From a virus (lineage: Duplodnaviria; Caudoviricetes), in the IMG/VR virus record IMGVR_UViG_3300037722_000807, positions 1 to 35,476 of that record: a stretch of DNA of 35,476 bases. The stretch is one strand, 5' to 3'. Positions 27,591-35,247 of this stretch are shown here, piece after piece. How positions within the stretch are numbered: position 1 is the first letter of the stretch; each line of letters starts with the position of its first letter. Under the pieces are notes generated by a model. It searched no databases, was not told the origin of the DNA, and saw only the letters and a program-made list of their open reading frames with translations. Position numbers and translations under genes: made by a program.

Positions 27591-28058
27591 ATGAAATTAT
27601 GTTTTGCAGGTAGTCGTTTTGGAATGACAATACAACAAAAACTTAAAGTGAAAGAATTTATTTTAAAAAACAAAAATAAAATAGAAGAAATAAGGCATGG
27701 AGATATAATTGGTGGAGATGAAGAATTCCATTCTATTTTATTTCATTTGGATATGATTAATAAAGTTCATATCCATCCTGCTTATGATAGAAAATCAAGG
27801 GCTTTATGTAAATCACCTAATATATATAAACCACAAAATACAAGTACAAGAAAAAAAATAATGCTGGATAATTCAAACTTTCTATTAGCAACACCAAACA
27901 CATATAGATATGGAAATAGATTTGATGTTTGGTCCTATATAAAGATAGCCCAGGAAAAAAATATAGAAACAATGATTGTATACCCTGATGGATTTATAGA
28001 GTTTACTGGTAGAAGGGAGGAATTAAATGTTTCAAGAACAAATGAAAATGATAAATGA
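27591..28058 (+). CDS. SLOG-superfamily (DprA/YspA-like) protein
   Basis: F.GSR.GMT..Q, HGD..GGD..FH, HP....RA, LLA.P, W..I..A. Confidence 0.6.
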   Translation: MKLCFAGSRFGMTIQQKLKVKEFILKNKNKIEEIRHGDIIGGDEEFHSILFHLDMINKVHIHPAYDRKSRALCKSPNIYKPQNTSTRKKIMLDNSNFLLATPNTYRYGNRFDVWSYIKIAQEKNIETMIVYPDGFIEFTGRREELNVSRTNENDK

Positions 28059-28221
28059 TGTTATGATTAAAATGGTTGAAGAATTGCCAGAAGAAAAAAA
28101 ACAATTGGTAAATGAAAAAACAAAACAAATAAAAGAAATTCTAGGAGATGATAGGGAAATAGCTGGTATTGTTATGGCTCTTATAGGATTGGATATGCAA
28201 AGTTATGATAATGAAACTTAA
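28027..28221 (+). CDS. Hypothetical protein
   Basis: GGGAGG RBS; 64 aa. Confidence 0.55.
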   Translation: MFQEQMKMINDVMIKMVEELPEEKKQLVNEKTKQIKEILGDDREIAGIVMALIGLDMQSYDNET

Positions 28222-28351
28222 AACTCAAATTATGGCTACAAAAAAGAAAATATTAAAAGGAATTGAATTTTTTAATCTATGGATAAAATGGTGCAAAACA
28301 TTTGATAAAAATCTTAAAGAAGAAATGAAAAATTATGAAAAGATGGATTGA
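28211..28351 (+). CDS. 46-aa hypothetical protein
   Basis: Manual translation MKLKTQIMATKKKILKGIEFFNLWIKWCKTFDKNLKEEMKNYEKMD fills the gap between two genes. Confidence 0.4.
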   Translation: MKLKTQIMATKKKILKGIEFFNLWIKWCKTFDKNLKEEMKNYEKMD

Positions 28352-28628
28352 TGTTATTCTAGCCTATTTTGGTTATGTAAAAATTAATAAATGTGTAATT
28401 GAGTTGGTATTACAACAGAAAGGATTGATAGAGGTTTTACAATATACCAATGAAAGTGATTTATTTGAAATAGAGGAATACTTTACTAAATTTGAATCTA
28501 TGAAATTAACTGAATCAAGAGTTAAAAGAGTAAAGAAACAAAAGGAAGCATTTGATTTACTTTTAAAACAACAAAATTGTTTGATTTCTTATATTAAAAT
28601 CGGAAGAACTATCACACAAGATAAATAA
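28335..28628 (+). CDS. Hypothetical protein
   Basis: 97 aa; last gene before the terminator. Confidence 0.55.
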   Translation: MKRWIDVILAYFGYVKINKCVIELVLQQKGLIEVLQYTNESDLFEIEEYFTKFESMKLTESRVKRVKKQKEAFDLLLKQQNCLISYIKIGRTITQDK

Positions 28629-28630
28629 AA

Positions 28631-28673
28631 ATAGCCCATTACCTATATTATTGTTTTATAGGTAATGGGCTAT
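28631..28673. terminator. Hairpin between convergent operons (probably bidirectional terminator)
   Basis: Perfect 17-bp IR ATAGCCCATTACCTATA/TATAGGTAATGGGCTAT. Confidence 0.8.
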
Positions 28674-28738
28674 AAATTTGTCTAAAAACATTATAAAAAC
28701 ATGAATATTCTAATAAAACACACTAATAATCATGAAAA

Positions 28739-28987
28739 TTATATCAGTTTTTTGCCTTTATAGTCTTCTATGATTTTTACCTTTAATTCAGGTTTTCCTT
28801 GTTCTTCCCTCCAAAAATTAATCAAAACAATGATGATCTTTAAAATTAAGGTGATTGTTTTATTTGTTCCTCTGATACTCCCTGATTTAATATCCATATA
28901 AGCCCTAAAACCATAAATACTTATTTTATGTGTTGCTTTAAACATCTTATCAACTAAACTAACATTTACTTTAATTTTTTCTGACAT
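28739..28987 (-). CDS. Hypothetical protein
   Basis: 82 aa; AGGAG RBS. Confidence 0.55.
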   Translation of the reverse strand: MSEKIKVNVSLVDKMFKATHKISIYGFRAYMDIKSGSIRGTNKTITLILKIIIVLINFWREEQGKPELKVKIIEDYKGKKLI

Positions 28988-28999
28988 TTTAAATCTCCC

Positions 29000-29395
29000 T
29001 CATTTAAAGTCTGAACCAATACCAAAAAATGCCCCAATCCTTACACCAATATAACCAATATTTGCAGTAATCTTCCAACTGGTTCTTCCAACATCTTTTT
29101 TAAATTCTTTATCAGCAAATTTTCTTTCTTCATCATTTTTTGCAAGCCTACATCTAAAGTCATGCCTACAAGAAGCAATTGGATGATTGTGTCTTGGAAA
29201 AACTCTCTGAAAAAACCAAGGAACACTACTACCATCCCACTCAAAATTAATAGGTACAAAACCATCACCACATGGTAAAGGTTGTGTTAAAGCCCTATTC
29301 TTTGGTTTATTTTTGACAGTCCTCATATAAATATGACCATCCCAATCACCCAAAACATTTTCTGTAAAAGGATTTATAGCAATAAATTTACACAT
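29000..29395 (-). CDS. DUF1353-like protein
   Basis: VP..F.WDG.SVP, A...HD, AD..F, Y.GVR.G motifs. Confidence 0.7.
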   Translation of the reverse strand: MCKFIAINPFTENVLGDWDGHIYMRTVKNKPKNRALTQPLPCGDGFVPINFEWDGSSVPWFFQRVFPRHNHPIASCRHDFRCRLAKNDEERKFADKEFKKDVGRTSWKITANIGYIGVRIGAFFGIGSDFK

Positions 29396-29400
29396 AACAA

Positions 29401-29925
29401 TTACTCCTTTTCATAATTAAATCTAAGATCATAAACAGCAATTTTTTTCTCTCTTGCTTTATCAACCATATTTCTAGTATCATTACCTCCGGGAAATGAA
29501 ATTACCAATTCAATATCTGAATTATCCTCAAGCATTGTTAAATTTCTAATTGGTCCTGCACGTTTACCGAATTTCTTCCATTTAGCGGGATAAACCTTAA
29601 CTTCTTTTTTTCTAAACCTTCCCCATTTCCCTGCCATTTTATCTGTACCTTTAGCATCTCCTTCCACAACACAATAAATATTATAAAGTTTATCTATCTT
29701 ATCCATTTGTCTATACAAAAAAACACAATCATCAAAATCACGACCACCACATACCAAAACCTTTGTTTTTAATTTTTCCATTTTATTTCTATTCATAAAT
29801 ATTTTTGATCTACTCCATGTTTTCATTTTTCTAAAAATAGGAGCAGTCTCAGTTATTCTTCCTCCTTTCAATCTAATTACACCACAGGTATTGTTTGTTG
29901 TATATTTATAAAAACCATCAACCAT
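29401..29925 (-). CDS. YspA/DUF2493-like SLOG protein with N-terminal extension
   Basis: KVLVCGGRDF, G.A.G.D, PA.W...G..AGPIRN..ML, FPGG..T..M. Confidence 0.85.
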   Translation of the reverse strand: MVDGFYKYTTNNTCGVIRLKGGRITETAPIFRKMKTWSRSKIFMNRNKMEKLKTKVLVCGGRDFDDCVFLYRQMDKIDKLYNIYCVVEGDAKGTDKMAGKWGRFRKKEVKVYPAKWKKFGKRAGPIRNLTMLEDNSDIELVISFPGGNDTRNMVDKAREKKIAVYDLRFNYEKE

Positions 29926-30459
29926 TTATTCCTCACAAGGATTATCTACAGTCATATTGTATTGTTTAAAAATTTCCACTTCCTTTTTATCGTAACACAA
30001 ACCCCAATGATCCTTTATTGTTTTCCAATCAATTAAATACTCTTTCACATAAATCAAAGGAAGCCATTCTGAAATATCCTTTGCTCCTTTACTTCTATTA
30101 CTGGAAGCTGTTACAGCGATTAAATGATTCTTATAGCCTAAATAATTAGCATATTCAATTCTTTTTTCAGGAGTCCATTTATCAGCACCAGAAACAAAAG
30201 CTTCTTTTAAAGAAACAACGTGATCTATATCTAAACTTCTTGGGTCAGTGATAAAAGAACCAGTATAACCACATAACCAAACACCAAAAGTTACTTTTCC
30301 ATTTTCATTTATCCTGATACCAACAAGACTTTCATCAGACAATACCTTTTCTCTTGTATTATTTATCCATCCATGACCAAACAAACTTCTTTTATATTCC
30401 AGACCAAAACATGATATAGAATATAAAATAAATAATAATAAAAAAATTAATATTCTCAT
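29926..30459 (-). CDS. Signal-peptide-bearing HNH nuclease (DUF1524/GmrSD C-terminal-like)
   Basis: Hydrophobic N-terminus; G.W...YTG, DIDHVV.L.EA..SGA..W, L.AV....NRSKG.KD...WLP. Confidence 0.8.
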   Translation of the reverse strand: MRILIFLLLFILYSISCFGLEYKRSLFGHGWINNTREKVLSDESLVGIRINENGKVTFGVWLCGYTGSFITDPRSLDIDHVVSLKEAFVSGADKWTPEKRIEYANYLGYKNHLIAVTASSNRSKGAKDISEWLPLIYVKEYLIDWKTIKDHWGLCYDKKEVEIFKQYNMTVDNPCEE

Positions 30460-30630
30460 TTAGTAACCTCTTTTCTTTTTGGTTTTTATTCTTTTCTTTT
30501 TAACCTGAGTAGAGGGTTGACAATCAGAACAGACATTATCTACTTTACTAATTTTTATTTTGTTGTTTTTTCCAGCTTTAGGAAATCTATCATCCTCTTT
30601 TGGTTTTAAACAAACATAACATACCTTCAT
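30460..30630 (-). CDS. Small zinc-ribbon protein
   Basis: MKVCYVC...K....F...CSDC plus basic tail; start at 30630 avoids overlap with the HNH gene. Confidence 0.55.
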   Translation of the reverse strand: MKVCYVCLKPKEDDRFPKAGKNNKIKISKVDNVCSDCQPSTQVKKKRIKTKKKRGY

Positions 30631-30647
30631 ATAGTTATTTCCTATGG

Positions 30648-31382
30648 TTATAAATTTTTTAAATATATAAATTTCCAACCTCTGTATTGTTTATATTTTT
30701 TGTTTAAGCAAAGACTGATACTAGAATTGGATAAGTTGTGTTTTCTACCAAATTCCCTTTGGTTGTGACTTAAAAATCTTTTATTTTCTGGTGACAATGC
30801 TAAAAAATAAAGATTTTTTATTTTATTGCCCTTTGTTTTTGTCTCTTTTTTCCTCCTATTCTTGGATTGTTCATTTTTGGGAATCCAAATGCAGTTCTCT
30901 TTGCAATAATTTCCATTTACATCTTTTCTTTCAATTGATGGTCTTTTTATATTTAAAACATTTAATGTATATAAATATTTATTATACATATCATCATAAA
31001 AGTTTTGAAACTCTTCCCATCGTGGATCGTAAACAATGCCCCTTCCACCATAATATTTATAAGCCCAATTGTTTGAATTATTACATCTTTGACGCATACC
31101 TTTCCAGATATTATAAAACCTAGTCAAAGATTTACTTGGTTTGACTAGAAAACCATGTTTTGTATTTCTTTTTCCTATTTCTTTAATTTTTTCCTTGTTT
31201 AAACAACCACAAGATTTTGTATATCCATTTTTCACATAAGTCCCATTTACCACAATATTTTTATTTCCACAATTACAATCACACATGTAATAATATATAC
31301 TTTTATCATTTATTTTGTATAAATTTTTAACAGTCAATCTATTAAAAGTTTTTCCTATTAAATTACTTCTACTTCTGCCCAT
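30648..31382 (-). CDS. Free-standing HNH-type endonuclease (paralog 5)
   Basis: NLIGKTFNRL, CDCNCG, SCGC, YGGRGI, SIERKDVNGNYCKENC; start reassigned to MGRSRS by alignment with paralogs. Confidence 0.85.
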   Translation of the reverse strand: MGRSRSNLIGKTFNRLTVKNLYKINDKSIYYYMCDCNCGNKNIVVNGTYVKNGYTKSCGCLNKEKIKEIGKRNTKHGFLVKPSKSLTRFYNIWKGMRQRCNNSNNWAYKYYGGRGIVYDPRWEEFQNFYDDMYNKYLYTLNVLNIKRPSIERKDVNGNYCKENCIWIPKNEQSKNRRKKETKTKGNKIKNLYFLALSPENKRFLSHNQREFGRKHNLSNSSISLCLNKKYKQYRGWKFIYLKNL

Positions 31383-31674
31383 TTCCTTTACCTCTTTCAT
31401 ATGTCCAAATTTTATCCCATTTATTTTTATATTCTTTCCAACAGGAGTTTCCCCGTTCATTATTGCATGTTCGACAGGCAATTTTGAGGTTGTTAAAATG
31501 CCAAGTACCACCCAATGATAATGGAAACAAATGTTCAATTGTTGCATTAGCAAAAATCAATTTTTTATTACAGTAAAAACAATTTATAAATTGTTTTTTT
31601 CTACCATAACCGTATTTACGAAATAAATGTTTTTTGATTTCTTTCTTTTGAATACTATTTCTTTGATTAGAGAT
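31369..31674 (-). CDS. Small HNH endonuclease (CxxC...EH..P...GG....NL...CxxCN), probable non-canonical ATC start
   Basis: Frame extends upstream of the called TTG to include CFYC; AAAGGGGGT RBS-like sequence 6 nt before ATC. Confidence 0.65.
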   Translation of the reverse strand: MSNQRNSIQKKEIKKHLFRKYGYGRKKQFINCFYCNKKLIFANATIEHLFPLSLGGTWHFNNLKIACRTCNNERGNSCWKEYKNKWDKIWTYERGKGNGQK

Positions 31675-31701
31675 AAAAACACCCCCTTTCCAAAAATAAA
31701 T

Positions 31702-31923
31702 TCAATAATTTTCTACAATAATTATTCCATTCTTATCATAATATTTGGTATTTGTTCTTCCAGTTTTGTTTTGACAATACCAACAATTCTCAATTAAAAG
31801 AACAGCATCTTTAGGATCAATGCCCTCAACCCTAGTAGCATTGGAATCTTTCCTTTTGCATATTGGACAAAAATAATGAATTTTACCTTTTTCCAATTCA
31901 ATAAAAGTATCTAAAATATTCAT
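31702..31923 (-). CDS. Zinc-ribbon protein
   Basis: CPIC...CWYC; AGGAG RBS. Confidence 0.6.
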   Translation of the reverse strand: MNILDTFIELEKGKIHYFCPICKRKDSNATRVEGIDPKDAVLLIENCWYCQNKTGRTNTKYYDKNGIIIVENY

Positions 31924-32096
31924 TCATTTTCTCCTAATTCAATAATAGTATTTACACCTAATAATTCTAAACAAAAACTACATGATTCTTTTTCCTCTTC
32001 ATCCAAAACAAAAGGACATTCCAAACAATTAATAATCATCAAACATTTCCTACAGACTTTATCCATACCTAAAAAATAAAATTGATGATTACACAA
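31920..32096 (-). CDS. 58-aa Cys-rich microprotein
   Basis: TTG start after AGGAG; MCNHQFIFLGMDKVCRKCLMIINCLECP...SCSFC; ATGA overlap. Confidence 0.6.
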   Translation of the reverse strand: MCNHQFYFLGMDKVCRKCLMIINCLECPFVLDEEEKESCSFCLELLGVNTIIELGENE

Positions 32097-32099
32097 ATG

Positions 32100-32273
32100 T
32101 TAATCTCCTATATAGAAATCATATTTTAAAATCATATCCACACAGCCATTACAGATATCCCTAATAAATTCTCTATTCAGGTATTTACAATTACAATTTA
32201 AAACAACCCCACAATGAATACATTTCTTTTTGTTATCCATAAATACAAAAAAATGATTACACTCTGGATTCAT
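32100..32273 (-). CDS. 57-aa Cys-rich microprotein, paralog of 31920-32096
   Basis: MNPECNHFFVFMDNKKKCIHCGVVLNCNCKY...ICNGC; AAAGGA RBS. Confidence 0.6.
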   Translation of the reverse strand: MNPECNHFFVFMDNKKKCIHCGVVLNCNCKYLNREFIRDICNGCVDMILKYDFYIGD

Positions 32274-32690
32274 TTATAATCCTTTCTTTTTAATATTATT
32301 ATTTTACCCTTATCCACAGTATCCCACTATCCTTTTTCCAATTCAATCATAAATTAATTCAATAAATAAAATTTATATAAAAATAAATCAGACTTTTAAC
32401 TTTCAGGGAAACAAAAGAAAAATATATAAAATAAAAAACATAAGAGAGAAGACTACTACAGATAAGAGACTAGAGAGAGAAAGGATAGATACTTTTGATT
32501 TAATATAAAATAAAAAAGAAAGGAGACATAATAGGAGGAGAAGGAATCAATAATAAATCAAATAATAATTTTTATCAGAATTTTGTTACGCTACCTTTCT
32601 TATACTATGGGGAAGAATCAATAATTGTTTAAAAATAAAAAATAGTGAAAAAATCTACGGGCTACCTCTTAGTATCCATTTTAAAAAAAA

Positions 32691-32768
32691 TTAATTAACG
32701 GTGGGATTTATCCAATTAATCCATTTAATTAATTAATCCAATTGATCCGATTCAATCAATCCAATTAA
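32691..32768. repeat. Cluster of short degenerate ATCCAATT-like repeats in a non-coding tract
   Basis: ATCCAATT x3 plus ATCCATTT and ATCCGATT within about 60 bp. Confidence 0.6.
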
Positions 32769-32838
32769 ATAATATAATAAATTGCATTATATTCTATTTG
32801 TCCCAAATTTGCGTTTTAAGCCATTTAATGTTTAAAGC

Positions 32839-32919
32839 CTTATCAGGATATTCATTTTCTGATAAGAGGGATTACAGGGGAAATAAGCTATCAAATAACC
32901 TGTTTTCCTGTAATCCCTC
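32839..32919. other. Two abutting hairpins
   Basis: CTTATCAG/CTGATAAG and GAGGGATTACAGG/CCTGTAATCCCTC (extendable imperfect stem). Confidence 0.6.
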
Positions 32920-32930
32920 AGATACCTTTA

Positions 32931-33041
32931 TCACTCTTCAAAACGTTTGGCTTTAAATCTCCTTTCCTCTTTCCTTTCCTTATCCCTGATATCCTTTTCT
33001 TTCCTTTCTTCTTCCCTGTCATAGAGTTTGAACTTTTTCAT
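32931..33041 (-). CDS. 36-aa highly charged microprotein
   Basis: MKKFKLYDREEERKEKDIRDKERKEERRFKAKRFEE; AAAGGAG RBS. Confidence 0.5.
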   Translation of the reverse strand: MKKFKLYDREEERKEKDIRDKERKEERRFKAKRFEE

Positions 33042-33221
33042 TTCTTTAAATCTCCTTTCTTTCGTTTGTTTCCGTATACCTTCCAAATCTATTTAGGATT
33101 TAAAATCAAATCCCTTTCGATTGCATAGGTACCAATAGGAAAATGGTTAATTGCTTTCCCTGTATTATCCTATTAGAAAATGAATTTCTAAATAATGGGA
33201 TAAACCATAGGGGTTTATTTA

Positions 33222-33377
33222 CTAATGTTTTGTTATCAATCCAGAACGATTAAAGATATTAACCAAAAAATAATGAATAGTTAACGCTTCCCTTTCTTCT
33301 TCTTTAGCTGTATTTATTTTCCATTGCCAATATGAATCAATAGAATCAAATGTTTTCCCATCTATTGTTACTTTCAT
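33222..33377 (-). CDS. 51-aa microprotein
   Basis: MKVTIDGKTFDSIDSYWQWKINTAKEEERE...; AAAGGAG RBS. Confidence 0.55.
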   Translation of the reverse strand: MKVTIDGKTFDSIDSYWQWKINTAKEEEREALTIHYFLVNIFNRSGLITKH

Positions 33378-33470
33378 TTATTTTCTCCTTTCTTTAAAAT
33401 AATAAATCATAAAACAAATAACCAATGATATCCAATGGGACAAGAGTATTATAATCATTTGTTTAATCAT
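33378..33470 (-). CDS. 30-aa single-TM microprotein
   Basis: MIKQMIIILLSHWISLVICFMIYYFKERRK; AAAGGAG RBS. Confidence 0.5.
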   Translation of the reverse strand: MIKQMIIILLSHWISLVICFMIYYFKERRK

Positions 33471-33649
33471 TTGTTTTCTCCTTTCTTTGGTTAATAGGAA
33501 AATACTTTTACAATAACTTTCCTTTTCCCTTCAATACATCATTCCTACCATGGGCGAAACCTTGAAACAATAATAAATCAATTTAAATAATAGATTCTTT
33601 CCAGTAAGGACCAGAAAACAAGGAATGCATTTAAAAACCCTATATCAAT

Positions 33650-33730
33650 TCATTTCAGGAACAGGAAAAGAGTGAATAGAAACATGGATAAACACAATTC
33701 AAAAATAAATGCTTTTTCTTCTTTATCCAT
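33650..33730 (-). CDS. 26-aa hydrophobic microprotein
   Basis: MDKEEKAFIFELCLSMFLFTLFLFLK; AAAGGAG RBS. Confidence 0.45.
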   Translation of the reverse strand: MDKEEKAFIFELCLSMFLFTLFLFLK

Positions 33731-33846
33731 TTGTTTTATCTCCTTTCTTTGGTTAATAGAATCAATTATTAATTAAATAAATCAATTGAATAAACGTATA
33801 AGGGTTGACAGTAAACAGTATCTAGTATTAAGGTTTATTTCCTGAT

Positions 33847-33982
33847 TTATTCTTTATTAGAAACAAAATCAGATACAGGATAATAATGACCTTTATATCT
33901 AATAAAATCATCTTTTATTTTTAAAAGATTTTTACCATATTCTATCTGATATCCTTTTAAGATTGATAATAACTTTTTTCAT
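33847..33982 (-). pseudogene. 44-aa ORF broken by one extra A in an A6 run after ATG
   Basis: As read: MKKVIINLKRISDRIW*; with A5: MKKLLSILKGYQIEYGKNLLKIKDDFIRYKGHYYPVSDFVSNKE*. Confidence 0.45.
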
Positions 33983-34040
33983 AACCTTTTCTCCTTTGTT
34001 TTGTTTCCCGTTATTGGGAAATGGTTTTTATTAACTGAAT

Positions 34041-34076
34041 AAAAAGGGGAAAAGCTTTTATACTCTTCCCCTTTCT
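34041..34076 (-). terminator. Rho-independent terminator
   Basis: AAAGGGGAAGAG/CTTTTCCCCTTT stem then T-tract, directly after the 34086 stop. Confidence 0.75.
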
Positions 34077-34085
34077 ATCAATCAA

Positions 34086-35114
34086 TTAAAACATTGCTCT
34101 GATAAAATCGGTAAATTCGTCGAATTCTTTTTCCTTGTTTTTATCCAGTCCGTTTTCCAGAAGAAGATTCAATAAATCTTGCTCTTCTTCATCTGCAAAG
34201 CAGTCATTCTGCTTTTGCATTTCAATAAGCTGTTTAATCGTTGATTCATCAAAGCCCAATGAATCGGAAAAGTATTTCACGTTATGGACTGGACTATTGC
34301 TCTTTTCCGATTTACTTGTCACGTTCCCCTTTGCCAGTTTGTTGCTTGTTTCCCAGATAGCAGACAAATAAGCTTTGTTTGACCTTCTTGCACAAAGGAG
34401 TTTTTCAGACTTTCGATTGTAGGTTTTAAAACTTTCTTCCAAGCTTTCCATATTGGAAAAATCAGCCGATTGATAAAAATCATTGAATGAATCTTTATCG
34501 GCCGTTCCCGGAAAATGTTTACTGAATACATCATAAGCATCCCCCGTTTCCCCTGCATTGCTTTCGTTTGTCTCTTCCCTTGTCGCTGTATTCTTTTTTA
34601 CCTCTTGAACGTTTACAGCGGGTTTTTCTTTGGTCAATTTCACCAATTCAGTCAAAAGGGAAATGACTTGATCATTGTTGTTGTTAAAACTGACTTCATA
34701 CAATTTTTCTGTTTTCTCGGTCAAATTGGAAAGGGTTTTTTGCATTCCTTGGATCATTTCTTTCAATTCCTTTACAGCGGAAATGCCCTCTAAGGTCATT
34801 CCATTGTTAACCTGTGCTGTTTTGTTGCTTCGCTTGTCAAAGGAAATGGTTTTCTTTGCTTCTGAATTGTTCCCACCGAAATTGATTGACTTTTTCATGG
34901 TTAATTCTCCTTTCAATTGATTAACGTTTTTTTCTATTTCTTCCAAGTCACCTTTGGAACAATTCCGAAAGGCATAATCAGAGGGTGCAAAAATATCAAT
35001 AAACAATTCTTCACCTTGATAAAGGTAGTAAAGCCGTTTTCTATTCCTATCAATTCTTGTTTCCTTTAAAAAATGCCCTTTTCTTTGAATTATGCTTTCT
35101 TCCAAGTAAGTCAT
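34086..35114 (-). CDS. Hypothetical coiled-coil protein (342 aa; strong internal start at 34898)
   Basis: Start reassigned to MTYLEE (AAGGGG RBS); second AAAGGAG-ATG in frame at 34898. Confidence 0.65.
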   Translation of the reverse strand: MTYLEESIIQRKGHFLKETRIDRNRKRLYYLYQGEELFIDIFAPSDYAFRNCSKGDLEEIEKNVNQLKGELTMKKSINFGGNNSEAKKTISFDKRSNKTAQVNNGMTLEGISAVKELKEMIQGMQKTLSNLTEKTEKLYEVSFNNNNDQVISLLTELVKLTKEKPAVNVQEVKKNTATREETNESNAGETGDAYDVFSKHFPGTADKDSFNDFYQSADFSNMESLEESFKTYNRKSEKLLCARRSNKAYLSAIWETSNKLAKGNVTSKSEKSNSPVHNVKYFSDSLGFDESTIKQLIEMQKQNDCFADEEEQDLLNLLLENGLDKNKEKEFDEFTDFIRAMF

Positions 35115-35136
35115 TTTGTTTTTCCCCTTTCTTTGT

Positions 35137-35247
35137 TTAGGGGAGAATTTGAATTGACCTTGATACTTGATTGAAAACAGGCAAAACGTAAAAAGTGAAA
35201 AACAGAATAAAGAACAATACGGGAACAAATAGAAATATTCTGTACAT
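35137..35247 (-). CDS. 36-aa single-TM microprotein
   Basis: MYRIFLFVPVLFFILFFTFYVLPVFNQVSRSIQILP; AAAGGAG RBS. Confidence 0.5.
   Translation of the reverse strand: MYRIFLFVPVLFFILFFTFYVLPVFNQVSRSIQILP

Noticed and set aside
31383-31553. 57-aa N-terminal extension of the 301-aa HNH ORF
   Set aside because: Overlaps the small HNH gene in another frame; paralogs begin at the equivalent of 31382
33805-33833. Plus-strand TTGACA promoter
   Set aside because: No good -10 at 16-18 nt spacing and no plus-strand gene downstream
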